Assembly (NCBI GenBank): GCA_045613785.1
Contig: JAZLBQ010000007.1
Coordinates: forward strand, 1-64,000
Direction of reading: 5' to 3'
DNA: 64,000 nucleotides
DNA from: Candidatus Enterousia sp.
GTDB lineage: Bacteria > Pseudomonadota > Alphaproteobacteria > Rs-D84
Part shown: piece by piece, positions 18,248 to 28,202 of the stretch
Numbering within the stretch: position 1 is the first letter of the stretch
Layout of the letters: the number at the start of each line of letters is the position of its first letter
The notes under the pieces: model-generated
Database searches by the model: none
The model's input: the letters and a program-made list of their open reading frames with translations, nothing else
Told to the model about the DNA's origin: nothing
Translations under genes and position numbers: made by a program

Positions 18248-20863
18248 ATGAATTGTAATGGTTTAACCGCCGCCCAGGTAATCGCCAGTCGTGAGAAATA
18301 TGGCACAAATGAAATGCCACGACCACGCTTAAAAACTGCTTGGCAATTCTTTCTGGAAGTATTCCAAGATAAATTAAACATCATTCTGTTGGTTATGATG
18401 TGTATGTTTATCGCTTTGTCCGCATTTGGATATGGCAGTATTTATGAAGCAATCGGTATAGGTGTCGTTTTATTCGTTGTTGCTGCGACAACTGTTGCCA
18501 CCAAGTTAAAAGGTCAACGCAGTGCCGAAGAACTGCGTATAAAATCATCGCTGTCATACGCTGATGTTATTCGTGAAGGCACTATTCAGCACATAAACAG
18601 CACAGAGGTTGTCGTAGGTGATATTGTTATACTACACGCAGGCGAAACGGTTTGTGCAGATGGCTATATTATCGATGGTTCTGTGTCGGTAAATAATGCA
18701 ATCTTGAACGGAGAAAGTGATCCGTCTGAAAAAACACCTGTCGCCTCAGATTATAAATACAATCGTTCAGCACCGATTACAGCTGATGATTATACGGATG
18801 CACACAGTGTGTTTGGTGGCACAACTGTCCTGGCTGGTCAGGCAAAAATGTGCGTTGCTCGTGTTGGTTCTGATACCCAGAATGCACACATAATGTCAAC
18901 GCTGAATTCGATTCAAGAAGTAAAAACTACACTTCAAATTCAGCTAGATAACCTGGCGGCTTTTATCAGCAAGGTTGGTTCAATTTGTGCCACAGTTATT
19001 TTTATTGTCTTGTTGTTTGTAAATCTGAACACCAGTGGTCTATCTGCTGATGCGTCAATGCTTTACATTGTGTTCAGTGCCTTGACTGTTGCACTGACAA
19101 TCTTTGTTGCTGCTGTCCCCGAAGGATTGCCGTTTATCATTGGCATTATTACCAGTCAAAACGTTGCGACAATGATAAAAAGTAATATTTTGGCAAAAAA
19201 TCCAAACAAGATTCCGGAATCTGGCAATATTCAGATTTTATGCACAGACAAAACAGGAACTTTGACACGTGGTTTCTTGGAACCTGTGCATAATTTTACA
19301 GGTGATGGCCAAGATATTGGTTTTGATGCCACCTTAGGCGACAAGGCCAAAGATAAATTTTTGAAAATTGTTGCCCTTGCTACTGGCACAACATATGGGG
19401 CAGATGGAGAAATCATTGGTGGGAATTTGACCAGCCGTGCGTTATTTTTGGCAACCAAGGATTTGTCTGAACAAATAACCCAGATTCAATCTGAAAACGA
19501 TATTGTCAACACTATTTTATTTAACAGTGCGAATAAATTTGCGGCAACTCAGGTATCAGGTGGCAATACATATTACATGGGGGCACCAGAGGTTATTTTG
19601 TCCCACGCTAAATATTATCTTTCATCTGATGGGGGTGTCTTGCCAATCGATGCAAATAAAATCAAAGATTTGATAAAACAAAACGCTGCCCGTGCGATGC
19701 GTCTGGTTGCAATGGCGTATTCGCCAACTTTTGCGAACGATGAACAGATGCCCGATGATTTAGTCTTTGTTTCATTGGTTGCAATGCGAGATCAGGTTCG
19801 TTCTGGTGTTCCATCTGTGGTTGCATCGATGCGAAAATCGGGTATTCAGGTAATGATGATAACGGGTGATATCTTGGACACTGCCCGTGCCATTGCGATA
19901 GATTGTGGGATTATGTCATCGCCTGATGACATTGCGATAACCGCATCAGAACTAGACAATATGTCTGATACTGTTGCCACGGAAAAATTACGCCAGATAA
20001 AGGTTATTGCCCGTGCCACTCCAGACACAAAATTACGCATTGTAAAACTGGCTCAGGCTCAAGACCTTTGTATTGGTATGTGTGGTGATGGAACAAATGA
20101 CGCACCAGCCTTGAAACGTGCAGACGTTGGTTTTGCGATGGGTGATGGCACTGATGTCTGCAAGGAATCCAGCGACATAATCATCACAGACAACAATTTC
20201 ATCTCGATTGCGAACTGTATATTGTTGGGACGAACATTTGTTCATAATGTGATAAACTTTTTGAAATTCCAGTTACCGATAAACTTTTCGCTGGTGGTGC
20301 TAAGTATTCTGTTTCCGATAATGTTTGGATTTGATGCCTTTACCGCAGTTCAGATTTTAATAATAAACATTGTTATGGACAGTTTGAATTCCATTGCGTT
20401 TGGTGGCGAACCTGCACGCAGTGAATATATGACTGAACCTGCCCAGGGCAAAAATGCACCATTGTTGTCCAGACGTGTTCTGGCACAGGTTGCATTTACA
20501 ACTGTTGGATTTGTATGTGTATTCGGTGTTTTAGCGATGCCATCTATTCACAGATTGTTCCCCAGCGACATTGCCTATGCATCTGCACGCTTTGCACTGT
20601 TGGTGATAATGGCGATTGTAAACGGCTTCTGTGTTCGCACGGACGGATTTAACATATTCCGTCGCATTAGTCGCAATCCAATGTTTATTGCGGTTGCATT
20701 TGGTGTTATTGCAGCGACAGTCTTGTGTGTGTCGTTTGGTGGTGCAGTTTTACAGTTGACACCATTGAACATGACCCAGTGGCTGGTTGTCTTTGGATTA
20801 TCACTTTTGATTATTCCAATAAACTATGTCCGATTGATTTTGGTGCGGGCAGGGCAGCATTAA
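18248..20863 (+). CDS. Cation (Ca2+-type) transporting P-type ATPase
   Basis: NGES, VPEGLP, DKTGTLT, MITGD, GDGTNDAPAL. Confidence 0.93.
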   Translation: MNCNGLTAAQVIASREKYGTNEMPRPRLKTAWQFFLEVFQDKLNIILLVMMCMFIALSAFGYGSIYEAIGIGVVLFVVAATTVATKLKGQRSAEELRIKSSLSYADVIREGTIQHINSTEVVVGDIVILHAGETVCADGYIIDGSVSVNNAILNGESDPSEKTPVASDYKYNRSAPITADDYTDAHSVFGGTTVLAGQAKMCVARVGSDTQNAHIMSTLNSIQEVKTTLQIQLDNLAAFISKVGSICATVIFIVLLFVNLNTSGLSADASMLYIVFSALTVALTIFVAAVPEGLPFIIGIITSQNVATMIKSNILAKNPNKIPESGNIQILCTDKTGTLTRGFLEPVHNFTGDGQDIGFDATLGDKAKDKFLKIVALATGTTYGADGEIIGGNLTSRALFLATKDLSEQITQIQSENDIVNTILFNSANKFAATQVSGGNTYYMGAPEVILSHAKYYLSSDGGVLPIDANKIKDLIKQNAARAMRLVAMAYSPTFANDEQMPDDLVFVSLVAMRDQVRSGVPSVVASMRKSGIQVMMITGDILDTARAIAIDCGIMSSPDDIAITASELDNMSDTVATEKLRQIKVIARATPDTKLRIVKLAQAQDLCIGMCGDGTNDAPALKRADVGFAMGDGTDVCKESSDIIITDNNFISIANCILLGRTFVHNVINFLKFQLPINFSLVVLSILFPIMFGFDAFTAVQILIINIVMDSLNSIAFGGEPARSEYMTEPAQGKNAPLLSRRVLAQVAFTTVGFVCVFGVLAMPSIHRLFPSDIAYASARFALLVIMAIVNGFCVRTDGFNIFRRISRNPMFIAVAFGVIAATVLCVSFGGAVLQLTPLNMTQWLVVFGLSLLIIPINYVRLILVRAGQH

Positions 20864-20887
20864 AAAATCCCCCAACTGGGGGATTTT

Positions 20888-21454
20888 TTATTTTTCCAAT
20901 TCTTTGATTTGACGCATAACGTCACGCCATTTTTCTACCTCTACCGCATAATCACGTTGATATTTTTCCATATCAACTTGTGCTTGCTGTGCAACCTCAT
21001 CTGAATAAACGCCAACAGCCATATTTAGTTCGCAAATATCAATTCCGTGTTCTATTTTTCCGATATTCCATTCGATGTCAGCCAGTTGCTGATTCAGTTC
21101 ATGAATTTTTGGGTGGTTCAAAACAACCCTATAAGTTGAATTAAACTTGTCAACCCATTGCAAATCATTTTGCTGTTTTATTGCTTTTGCACGCACAATC
21201 TTCCCACGAATTGCGGTCGCTTGCTGTTCATAGTCAACTAAATCTGCTTCTGCTTCTCTTACTTCTGTAGGATCGTATCGATTATTCGAAATAAATTGAC
21301 GCAATGACGCAATTTGCGAACAGATTAAAATCTCTTCTTCTTTTGCACGTTCGCCAGCAGATATTGTTTCTTTTATCTTTTTTGCCTTGTAATCAACAAC
21401 CGATTTCAAGACATCAAACAGTGCCTTTGATGCTTTTTTCTTTTGGATTGACAT
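20888..21454 (-). CDS. Hypothetical coiled-coil protein
   Basis: 188-aa helical ORF; TTGACA-17-TATATA promoter upstream. Confidence 0.7.
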   Translation of the reverse strand: MSIQKKKASKALFDVLKSVVDYKAKKIKETISAGERAKEEEILICSQIASLRQFISNNRYDPTEVREAEADLVDYEQQATAIRGKIVRAKAIKQQNDLQWVDKFNSTYRVVLNHPKIHELNQQLADIEWNIGKIEHGIDICELNMAVGVYSDEVAQQAQVDMEKYQRDYAVEVEKWRDVMRQIKELEK

Positions 21455-21561
21455 AAACTTGCCTTTTTATTTGTTATCTAATATATAGGACAGAAATCGC
21501 AGTTTGTCAATATTAAACCCCCAGAAAAATCTGAGGGTTGGTTTTTATTATTTTTTTGCCT

Positions 21562-23148
21562 TTATTCTGCCCGGGTAAAAGCCCCTTTGTCCAGCATATC
21601 ACGAACAGCGAAATGCTTTACTTTTTTTGCAGATGTCGATGGCAATTCTTCTTCGGTAATTGCAAAATGCTTTACCCATTTATACTGGGCGATTTGCATA
21701 TTTGATTTCTTCAGCAAGAACGCAACTCGTTCAACAGTTGTTCCTGGCTTTACTTGGAATACTGCAAAAGGAACAGTTTTATCTTTGATTATATACTCGA
21801 ATACGGCGGCATTCAGTATTTCATCGTTTTGCAGGTATAAATCTTCCAGTTCATCAGGGTAAACGTTTTTTCCGCTGTCCAGAACGATGACCTGTTTCTG
21901 GCGACCTTTGACAGTCAGGCGACCGAATTTATCCAGGCATCCAATATCGCCTGTCTTGAACCAGCCTTGTTCAAAAGCCTCTGCATTTGCGGAATCATTT
22001 TCCAGATATCCTGGCATAACCATATTTCCACGAACCCAAATTTCACCTACACCATTTTTATCAGGGTTGTGAATTTGAATTTCGTTGCCCAACAGTGGCC
22101 CGGCATAATACATAGAACCGTTTGAACGGCGGAATGCAAAGTTAAAGTTTGCGGGTCCTGTTGTTTCAGTCAGTCCATAACAGTCGCCAACTACAAATCC
22201 CATACTTTCATAGAATTTACGAATAGATGGTTTCAGTGTAGCCCCTGCAGATACCAGAACCTTGGTATTTCCACCGAAAGCATCATGCACAGGCTTGGTA
22301 ACCTTGTCCACCAGTTTGCCCAAACCGATTGCACGCAAAACTTTACGCAGTGATATAACGACTCGCATCAATGTCCAGGCGTGTTTATCCTTGGCAGAAT
22401 CGACGATTTTCTTATAAAAGACTTCCCAGATTCTTGGCACTGCTGGGATAACTTCTGGTTTGTATTGTTTAAAGTCTTTGATGAATTCTTGTGGTTTTAA
22501 AACGGGCTGCAGCAGCAATTTACCTTGTAAAGCCACAGGAACGATAATATTTATTACCACTCCATAAATATGATACAACGGTAAAAATCCATAAAAAGTA
22601 TAACCAGGTAAAATCACATCTTTATAGAACTGTGCCCCATCGGCCAGTGATAACAGGTTTTCATGTGTCAGTCCTACGACCTTTGGGTTTCCTGTTGAAC
22701 CTGACGTAAAAGACAATTGTGCAATATCTGCCCGTTCTGTTTCTGCCATTACGAAATCGTTTTCATCTGTATCGTCGATATTTTCGATATCGAACATTTC
22801 GCAAGGTGCGTTTTCAAAGAACAAAGATTTCTGTGCCATTACTAATTTGCAGTCTGTTCGTTTCATCATATTGATGTGTTCAGTTGTATTCAATCCTGTA
22901 TCCAACATCAATGCCCGTGCACCCTGTGACGTGATTGCAAAGTATGTCCGCAAGAAATCAGGTGTATTTCCTGACAGAATCGCAACAGTATCACCTTTTT
23001 TAATACCAAAGCGTTTTGCCAACAAAACAGCACGTTGTTTTACTTTTCTCAACAAATCTGCATAGGTCTCACTTTGACGAACTAAAAAGATACTGTCTTT
23101 ATTTCGCAAACAGACATCTTGCAGCATTTCATAGATGTTTTTCATCAT
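21562..23148 (-). CDS. AMP-binding enzyme, long-chain acyl-CoA synthetase-like
   Basis: FTSGSTGNPK, YGLTET, GWFKTGDIG. Confidence 0.9.
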   Translation of the reverse strand: MMKNIYEMLQDVCLRNKDSIFLVRQSETYADLLRKVKQRAVLLAKRFGIKKGDTVAILSGNTPDFLRTYFAITSQGARALMLDTGLNTTEHINMMKRTDCKLVMAQKSLFFENAPCEMFDIENIDDTDENDFVMAETERADIAQLSFTSGSTGNPKVVGLTHENLLSLADGAQFYKDVILPGYTFYGFLPLYHIYGVVINIIVPVALQGKLLLQPVLKPQEFIKDFKQYKPEVIPAVPRIWEVFYKKIVDSAKDKHAWTLMRVVISLRKVLRAIGLGKLVDKVTKPVHDAFGGNTKVLVSAGATLKPSIRKFYESMGFVVGDCYGLTETTGPANFNFAFRRSNGSMYYAGPLLGNEIQIHNPDKNGVGEIWVRGNMVMPGYLENDSANAEAFEQGWFKTGDIGCLDKFGRLTVKGRQKQVIVLDSGKNVYPDELEDLYLQNDEILNAAVFEYIIKDKTVPFAVFQVKPGTTVERVAFLLKKSNMQIAQYKWVKHFAITEEELPSTSAKKVKHFAVRDMLDKGAFTRAE

Positions 23149-23232
23149 AATAAATACTCTTGTTATTTAACATATTACCGATATCACCATAATACCGTTA
23201 TACTGAATATAGCCATTTTAAACAGGAAAAAC

Positions 23233-23556
23233 AACCTATATATTGTCAGCAATGGGATAAGGTATCGATTCTGGGTTGGCACAATATATAGATAAAGATT
23301 CGGTTTTTTAATACTATATTTTGTGAAAAACGAAAAAAACCGAATCAGTTCCCAGTAAAAAAACATAAAAAAACCACACCAAAAGGCAAAAGGTCATAAA
23401 AATCCGATTCTGTTTTCGTTCTGTAATATGCAGAAAATCCGCATTTTCAAAAGTCCAGTAAAAAATAAATTTTTTTGTGCTTTTTATTGGTTGCGAGTCT
23501 ATATATAAAACTATATATTGTTATCGAACAAAACAAATAACCACTATATGTTGTGT
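23233..23556. promoter_or_regulatory. NrdR-box cluster upstream of nrdD
   Basis: Matches to acaCwAtATaTwGtgt at 23233-23248, 23279-23294, 23311-23326, 23508-23523 and 23541-23556. Confidence 0.7.
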
Positions 23557-23581
23557 TTTTACAAGGATTGGAGTTTTTAAG

Positions 23582-25618
23582 ATGTCAGAAACACAAAATG
23601 AAATTAAAATTCAAATAACACCAACGTTGACAACACGTTTGGTCGCTGTTCAAAAACGCAGCGGTGAAACCGTTCCATTTGATTCGAAAAAGATATATGA
23701 AGCGATTAAAAAGGCTGTTGCTGTCACAACTGAATTATCTGATGTAGAAGTTGTAAAGACGACTCAAGACGTTTTGAAACGCCTGGACGACAAGTTTGCG
23801 GACAGAACGCCAACTGTCGAAGCGATTCAAGATGTAGTAATTCAAACCTTGATGGACAATCGTGCGTATAAGACAGCCGAAGCATACATAATCTATCGTC
23901 AGAAACGCACAGAAATTCGTGAATCAATGGTTGATGCGGTTGATATTATCGAGGGCTATGTTGGTGGTTCCAACTGGCGTATCAAAGAGAATGCAAATGT
24001 TGGCTATTCCATCGGTGGCCTAATTTTGCGAACCAGCGAACGTGTCACTGCGGAATATTGGTTAAACCTGTATCCGCGTGCAGTCGCTGAGGCACACAAG
24101 ACAGCGGCAATCCACGTTCATGATTTGGGTTGGTTGACAGGCTATTGTGCTGGCTGGTCATTGCGTGAATTGTTATACGAAGGTTTCAATGGTGTCGAAG
24201 GCTATCTGCAATGTGAACCTGCACGTCATATGGCAACTGCGATTTCACACATGGTAAATTTCCTTGGCACATTACAGAATGAATTTGCTGGTGCTCAGGC
24301 GTTTTCATCAGTTGACACATACTTGGCACCATATGTTCGCATTGACAACTTGACTTATGCAGATGTTAAAAATGCGATGCAAACATTGATATTTAATTGT
24401 GCTGTGCCATGTCGTTGGGGAACACAAACACCATTTATCAATTTTACATTTGACTGGACATGTCCAGAAGATTTGAAAAAACAGCGTCCATTTATTGGCC
24501 GTCAACAGGTTGATTTCACATACGGCGATCTTCAGGCAGAAATGGACTTGATAAATCGTGCCTTCTTGGAAGTCATGACCGAAGGCGATGCATTGGGTCG
24601 TCCATTTACATTCCCAATTCCTACATACAACATCACACCAGATTTTCCATGGGAACATCCAAATGTGAAACCACTGTTTGATTTAGCGGCAAAATATGGG
24701 ATTCCAAATTTCCAGAACTTCTTAAATTCTGACCTGAATCCAACAGACGTTCGTTCTATGTGCTGTCGCTTGCGTTTGGATGTTCGTGAATTATTAAAGC
24801 GTGGTGGCGGTCTGTTTGGTTCAGCGGAAAAGACAGGTTCAATCGGTGTTATCACAATCAATCTGGCACGTCTGGGATATATCCACCGTGGCAACCGTGA
24901 AGGCCTGTTCACAGAATTGAAACGCCTGCTGGACTTGGGACGTGATGCCCTAGAAATCAAGCGTGACATTATTTCCAAGAATATGGAACGTGGTTTGTAT
25001 CCATTTACCAAGCGTTATTTAGGCGATTGGAATCATCACTTTTCGACCATTGGTGTAAATGGAGCAAACGAAATGGTTCGCAACTTCACAGGCGACCGCG
25101 AGAGTATTGCCACTCCAATGGGCAAGAAATTAGTCTTGGACGTTATGGATTTCATTCGTGAAAACCTGGCAACATTCCAGGAACAGACTGGCAATTTGTA
25201 TAATTTAGAAGCGACCCCAGCCGAAGGCTGTTCATATCGGTTTGCTAAAACAGACGTCAAGAATTTCCCAGACATTATCACTGCGGGAACCAAAGACGCT
25301 CCATACTACACAAATTCGACCCAGTTGCCTGTAAACTTCACGGACGACCCATTTGTCGCTCTGGAACACCAAGAAGAATTACAGCGTAAATATACGGGTG
25401 GCACAATGTTGCACTTGTATATGGGTGAGCCGGTATCCAGTGGTGATGCAGCCCAGAAAATTGTGCGGACAATATTCGAAAATTACAAGGTTCCATATAT
25501 GACCTTGACACCAACATTCTCGATTTGTCCAAAGCACGGTTATCTGCCTGGCAAGCACGAGTTTTGTCCAAAATGCGATGCAGAAAATGCCGCAAATCAG
25601 GACGCAAACAAACAATAA
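23582..25618 (+). CDS. nrdD: Anaerobic ribonucleoside-triphosphate reductase, large part (ATP cone plus catalytic barrel, no glycyl-radical loop)
   Basis: N-terminal ATP cone VQKRSG; RSMCCRL; NLEATPAEG; ends after CPKHG...CPKC. Confidence 0.93.
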   Translation: MSETQNEIKIQITPTLTTRLVAVQKRSGETVPFDSKKIYEAIKKAVAVTTELSDVEVVKTTQDVLKRLDDKFADRTPTVEAIQDVVIQTLMDNRAYKTAEAYIIYRQKRTEIRESMVDAVDIIEGYVGGSNWRIKENANVGYSIGGLILRTSERVTAEYWLNLYPRAVAEAHKTAAIHVHDLGWLTGYCAGWSLRELLYEGFNGVEGYLQCEPARHMATAISHMVNFLGTLQNEFAGAQAFSSVDTYLAPYVRIDNLTYADVKNAMQTLIFNCAVPCRWGTQTPFINFTFDWTCPEDLKKQRPFIGRQQVDFTYGDLQAEMDLINRAFLEVMTEGDALGRPFTFPIPTYNITPDFPWEHPNVKPLFDLAAKYGIPNFQNFLNSDLNPTDVRSMCCRLRLDVRELLKRGGGLFGSAEKTGSIGVITINLARLGYIHRGNREGLFTELKRLLDLGRDALEIKRDIISKNMERGLYPFTKRYLGDWNHHFSTIGVNGANEMVRNFTGDRESIATPMGKKLVLDVMDFIRENLATFQEQTGNLYNLEATPAEGCSYRFAKTDVKNFPDIITAGTKDAPYYTNSTQLPVNFTDDPFVALEHQEELQRKYTGGTMLHLYMGEPVSSGDAAQKIVRTIFENYKVPYMTLTPTFSICPKHGYLPGKHEFCPKCDAENAANQDANKQ

Positions 25619-25662
25619 TCAAATAAATGTCATAACAAACATCAGAAAGGGAGGATATAATT

Positions 25663-25845
25663 ATGACCACAAACTGCAACAGAACACCATGCGAAATCTT
25701 TTCACGTTCAATGGGCTTCATTCGTCCTGTCAAGAATTTCAACATTGGTAAGTATTCTGAATTCTGTGAACGCAAAACATTTACCGAAGAAAACAGTTTG
25801 TCAGCTGGTGCCCGTCATTCTGAATTGTTAAAACGTGCGGCATAA
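25663..25845 (+). CDS. Separately encoded NrdD C-terminal glycyl-radical peptide
   Basis: CEIFSRSMGFIRPV (RxxGY/F radical motif); own GGAGG RBS. Confidence 0.88.
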   Translation: MTTNCNRTPCEIFSRSMGFIRPVKNFNIGKYSEFCERKTFTEENSLSAGARHSELLKRAA

Positions 25846-25849
25846 CGTT

Positions 25850-26551
25850 ATGCGTGAAGTTCAAATAGGGGGCTTGGTTTCATTCACCACAATCGACTAT
25901 CCTGGGAAATTAGCATGTGTGCTGTTCTTGGTTGGTTGTCCGTTGCGGTGTGCATATTGTTCCAACCCCCATTTATTATGTCCAGGGGACGGCGAATACG
26001 ACCCAGAACGAGTGTTCGAATGGCTGACCCAGCGTGTTGGCAAATTAGAGGCGGTTGTCTTTTCTGGTGGCGAAGCATTGATGCAGGGCGACCCAGCGAT
26101 TGAGTATATGCACCGTATTCGCAATCTGGGGTTCAAGATTGGTCTGCATACAAATGGCTTCTATCCTGAAACATTGGCACGTGCTGCGGACGTTATCGAC
26201 TGGATAGGGCTGGATTTCAAGGCAACGTCTGCCAGATATCCGGATCTGACGGGGCAAAATATCGCCTATCAGCATATGCTACGCAGTCTGGACGTATGGC
26301 AAAAGACGGGCAAAGACTTTGAAGTGCGTATTACATGCGACCCACGCTTTATATCGAAATCTGATTTGCTTGAAATTGCACAGATTTTGGCACAGCGTCA
26401 GGTAAAAAACATTGCGATACAAAAATATATTCCGCATTTCGAAGATGACGCCCACAAAACGGATGCTGTATCTCGGAATCAGTTTTTTGAAGACGTCACA
26501 TTGCGTTCTAAAATCGACGCAATGTTTACATCTGTTATTTGGCGTGAATAA
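25850..26551 (+). CDS. nrdG: Anaerobic RNR activating radical-SAM protein
   Basis: GCPLRCAYCSN, FSGGE, LHTNG; follows nrdD. Confidence 0.92.
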   Translation: MREVQIGGLVSFTTIDYPGKLACVLFLVGCPLRCAYCSNPHLLCPGDGEYDPERVFEWLTQRVGKLEAVVFSGGEALMQGDPAIEYMHRIRNLGFKIGLHTNGFYPETLARAADVIDWIGLDFKATSARYPDLTGQNIAYQHMLRSLDVWQKTGKDFEVRITCDPRFISKSDLLEIAQILAQRQVKNIAIQKYIPHFEDDAHKTDAVSRNQFFEDVTLRSKIDAMFTSVIWRE

Positions 26552-26659
26552 ACGATCTCTGTTTTTCAACAGGGATTTTTTGTTTACATATTGAAATCGA
26601 TTTAGAAATCCCTTATATAAACAAGGACATAAATTTTTTTTAATCAAAAGGATTTAAGA

Positions 26660-27556
26660 ATGCAGGATAAAAACAAATTGTTATTTGATGCTGTAGCGAA
26701 GGGCGATATGGATGCATTGCATCAACTTATTGCTGAGGGTGCTGACGTCAACGCCCGTGATGAAGACGAAAAGACCCCGTTGTATCGGGCAAAAGATGCT
26801 GAAATTGCCAAATTGCTAATCACCGCAGGTGCCGATGTTAACGCCCGTGACACAGCTGGTAGAACCCCGTTGCATTGGGCAGAAAATGCCGAAATTGCCA
26901 AGGTTCTAATCACCCACGGTGCCGACGTCAACGCCCGTAATGTTTTTGATGAAACCCCACTGGATCCACTGGTTCTGGCAAAAAATGCAGAGGTTGCCAA
27001 GGTTCTAATCGCCCATGGTGCCGACGTCAACGTCCGTAATGTTTTTAATTACACCCCGTTGCATCAGGCAAAAGATGCTGAATTTGCCAAGGTTCTAATC
27101 ACTGCTGGTGCCGACGTCAACGCCCGTGATGAAGATGGTTCCACCCCGTTGCATTTGGCAAAAGATGCTGAAATTGCCAAGGTTCTAATCACCGCAGGTG
27201 CCGACGTCAATGCCCGTGATGAATACGAAAACACTCCGTTGCATTTGGCAACAGATGCTGAAATTGCCAAGGTTCTAATCTCTGCTGGTGCCGACGTCAA
27301 TGCCCGTAAGACAGGTGGTTACACCCCACTGCATTGGGCAAAAAATGCCGAAATTGCCAATGTTCTAATCACCGCTGGTGCCGACGTCAACGCCCGTAAT
27401 GTTTTTGGTGCAACCCCACTGGGTCTGGCAAAAAATGCAGAGGTTGCCAAGGTTCTAATCGCCCATGGTGCCGACGTCAACGCCCGTGACACAGGTGGTA
27501 GAACCCCGGCGATACCAGACAAATTAAAAGGACTAAAATCGGACGATAATGAATAA
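26660..27556 (+). CDS. Ankyrin-repeat protein (nine GADVN units, ~30-aa period)
   Basis: TPLH...AEIAKVLITAGADVNARD tandem repeats, also conserved at the DNA level. Confidence 0.95.
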   Translation: MQDKNKLLFDAVAKGDMDALHQLIAEGADVNARDEDEKTPLYRAKDAEIAKLLITAGADVNARDTAGRTPLHWAENAEIAKVLITHGADVNARNVFDETPLDPLVLAKNAEVAKVLIAHGADVNVRNVFNYTPLHQAKDAEFAKVLITAGADVNARDEDGSTPLHLAKDAEIAKVLITAGADVNARDEYENTPLHLATDAEIAKVLISAGADVNARKTGGYTPLHWAKNAEIANVLITAGADVNARNVFGATPLGLAKNAEVAKVLIAHGADVNARDTGGRTPAIPDKLKGLKSDDNE

Positions 27557-28154
27557 AATTGAAAAAAAAGTTTTGGACGCAATACCACCCCCAGACAGCA
27601 ATATCGATACAGCATTGTTGGATCAGGTAAAGCGTCCAAACGCCGATACAACATTGATTAAAATGCTGATTGATTCTGGTGCGAATGTCAATGCACATGA
27701 TGATGTTAGTTGGGCACCACTTCATTGGGCGTGGACTGCGGATGTTGCCCGTATTTTGATTGAAAACGGTGCCAACGTTGCTGTTCGTGATATGTTCCGC
27801 CAGACCCCACTGCATATGGCACGTCGTCCTGAAATCGCCAGCGTTTTGATTACATCTGGTGCTGATGTCAACGCCCGTGATGTATGTGGTCATACGCCAT
27901 TGTTTACCAGCGTTCGCCCTGATGTTCTTGGGGTGCTGTTGGATAATGGTGCAAACATAAATCATCGCAACCACGATGGCGATACAGCGTTGCACTATGC
28001 GGTAAAGGGCAAATATATCGATGTTATAAATTTCTTGATTTCACGTGGTGCAAAATTGAACCTTAGAAACAAGGCTGGCAAACGTCCGCTGGATTTGGCC
28101 AGAACAAAAAAGATTCAACAGATATTGATTGCGGCTGGTGCAAAAAAATCATAA
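27549..28154 (+). CDS. Ankyrin-repeat protein
   Basis: PLHWA, TPLHMA, TALHYA, GANVN motifs. Confidence 0.92.
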   Translation: MNKIEKKVLDAIPPPDSNIDTALLDQVKRPNADTTLIKMLIDSGANVNAHDDVSWAPLHWAWTADVARILIENGANVAVRDMFRQTPLHMARRPEIASVLITSGADVNARDVCGHTPLFTSVRPDVLGVLLDNGANINHRNHDGDTALHYAVKGKYIDVINFLISRGAKLNLRNKAGKRPLDLARTKKIQQILIAAGAKKS

Positions 28155-28202
28155 AAACAAACGGTGCAAAAACGCACCGTTTATTATTTTGTCCGGATAT
28201 TA

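Noticed and set aside
23149-23581. Replication origin
   Set aside because: No TTATCCACA DnaA boxes; the repeated motifs fit NrdR boxes better.
26738-27510. CRISPR-like regularly spaced repeats
   Set aside because: The period is ~90 bp, in frame, and encodes ankyrin repeats; no cas genes.
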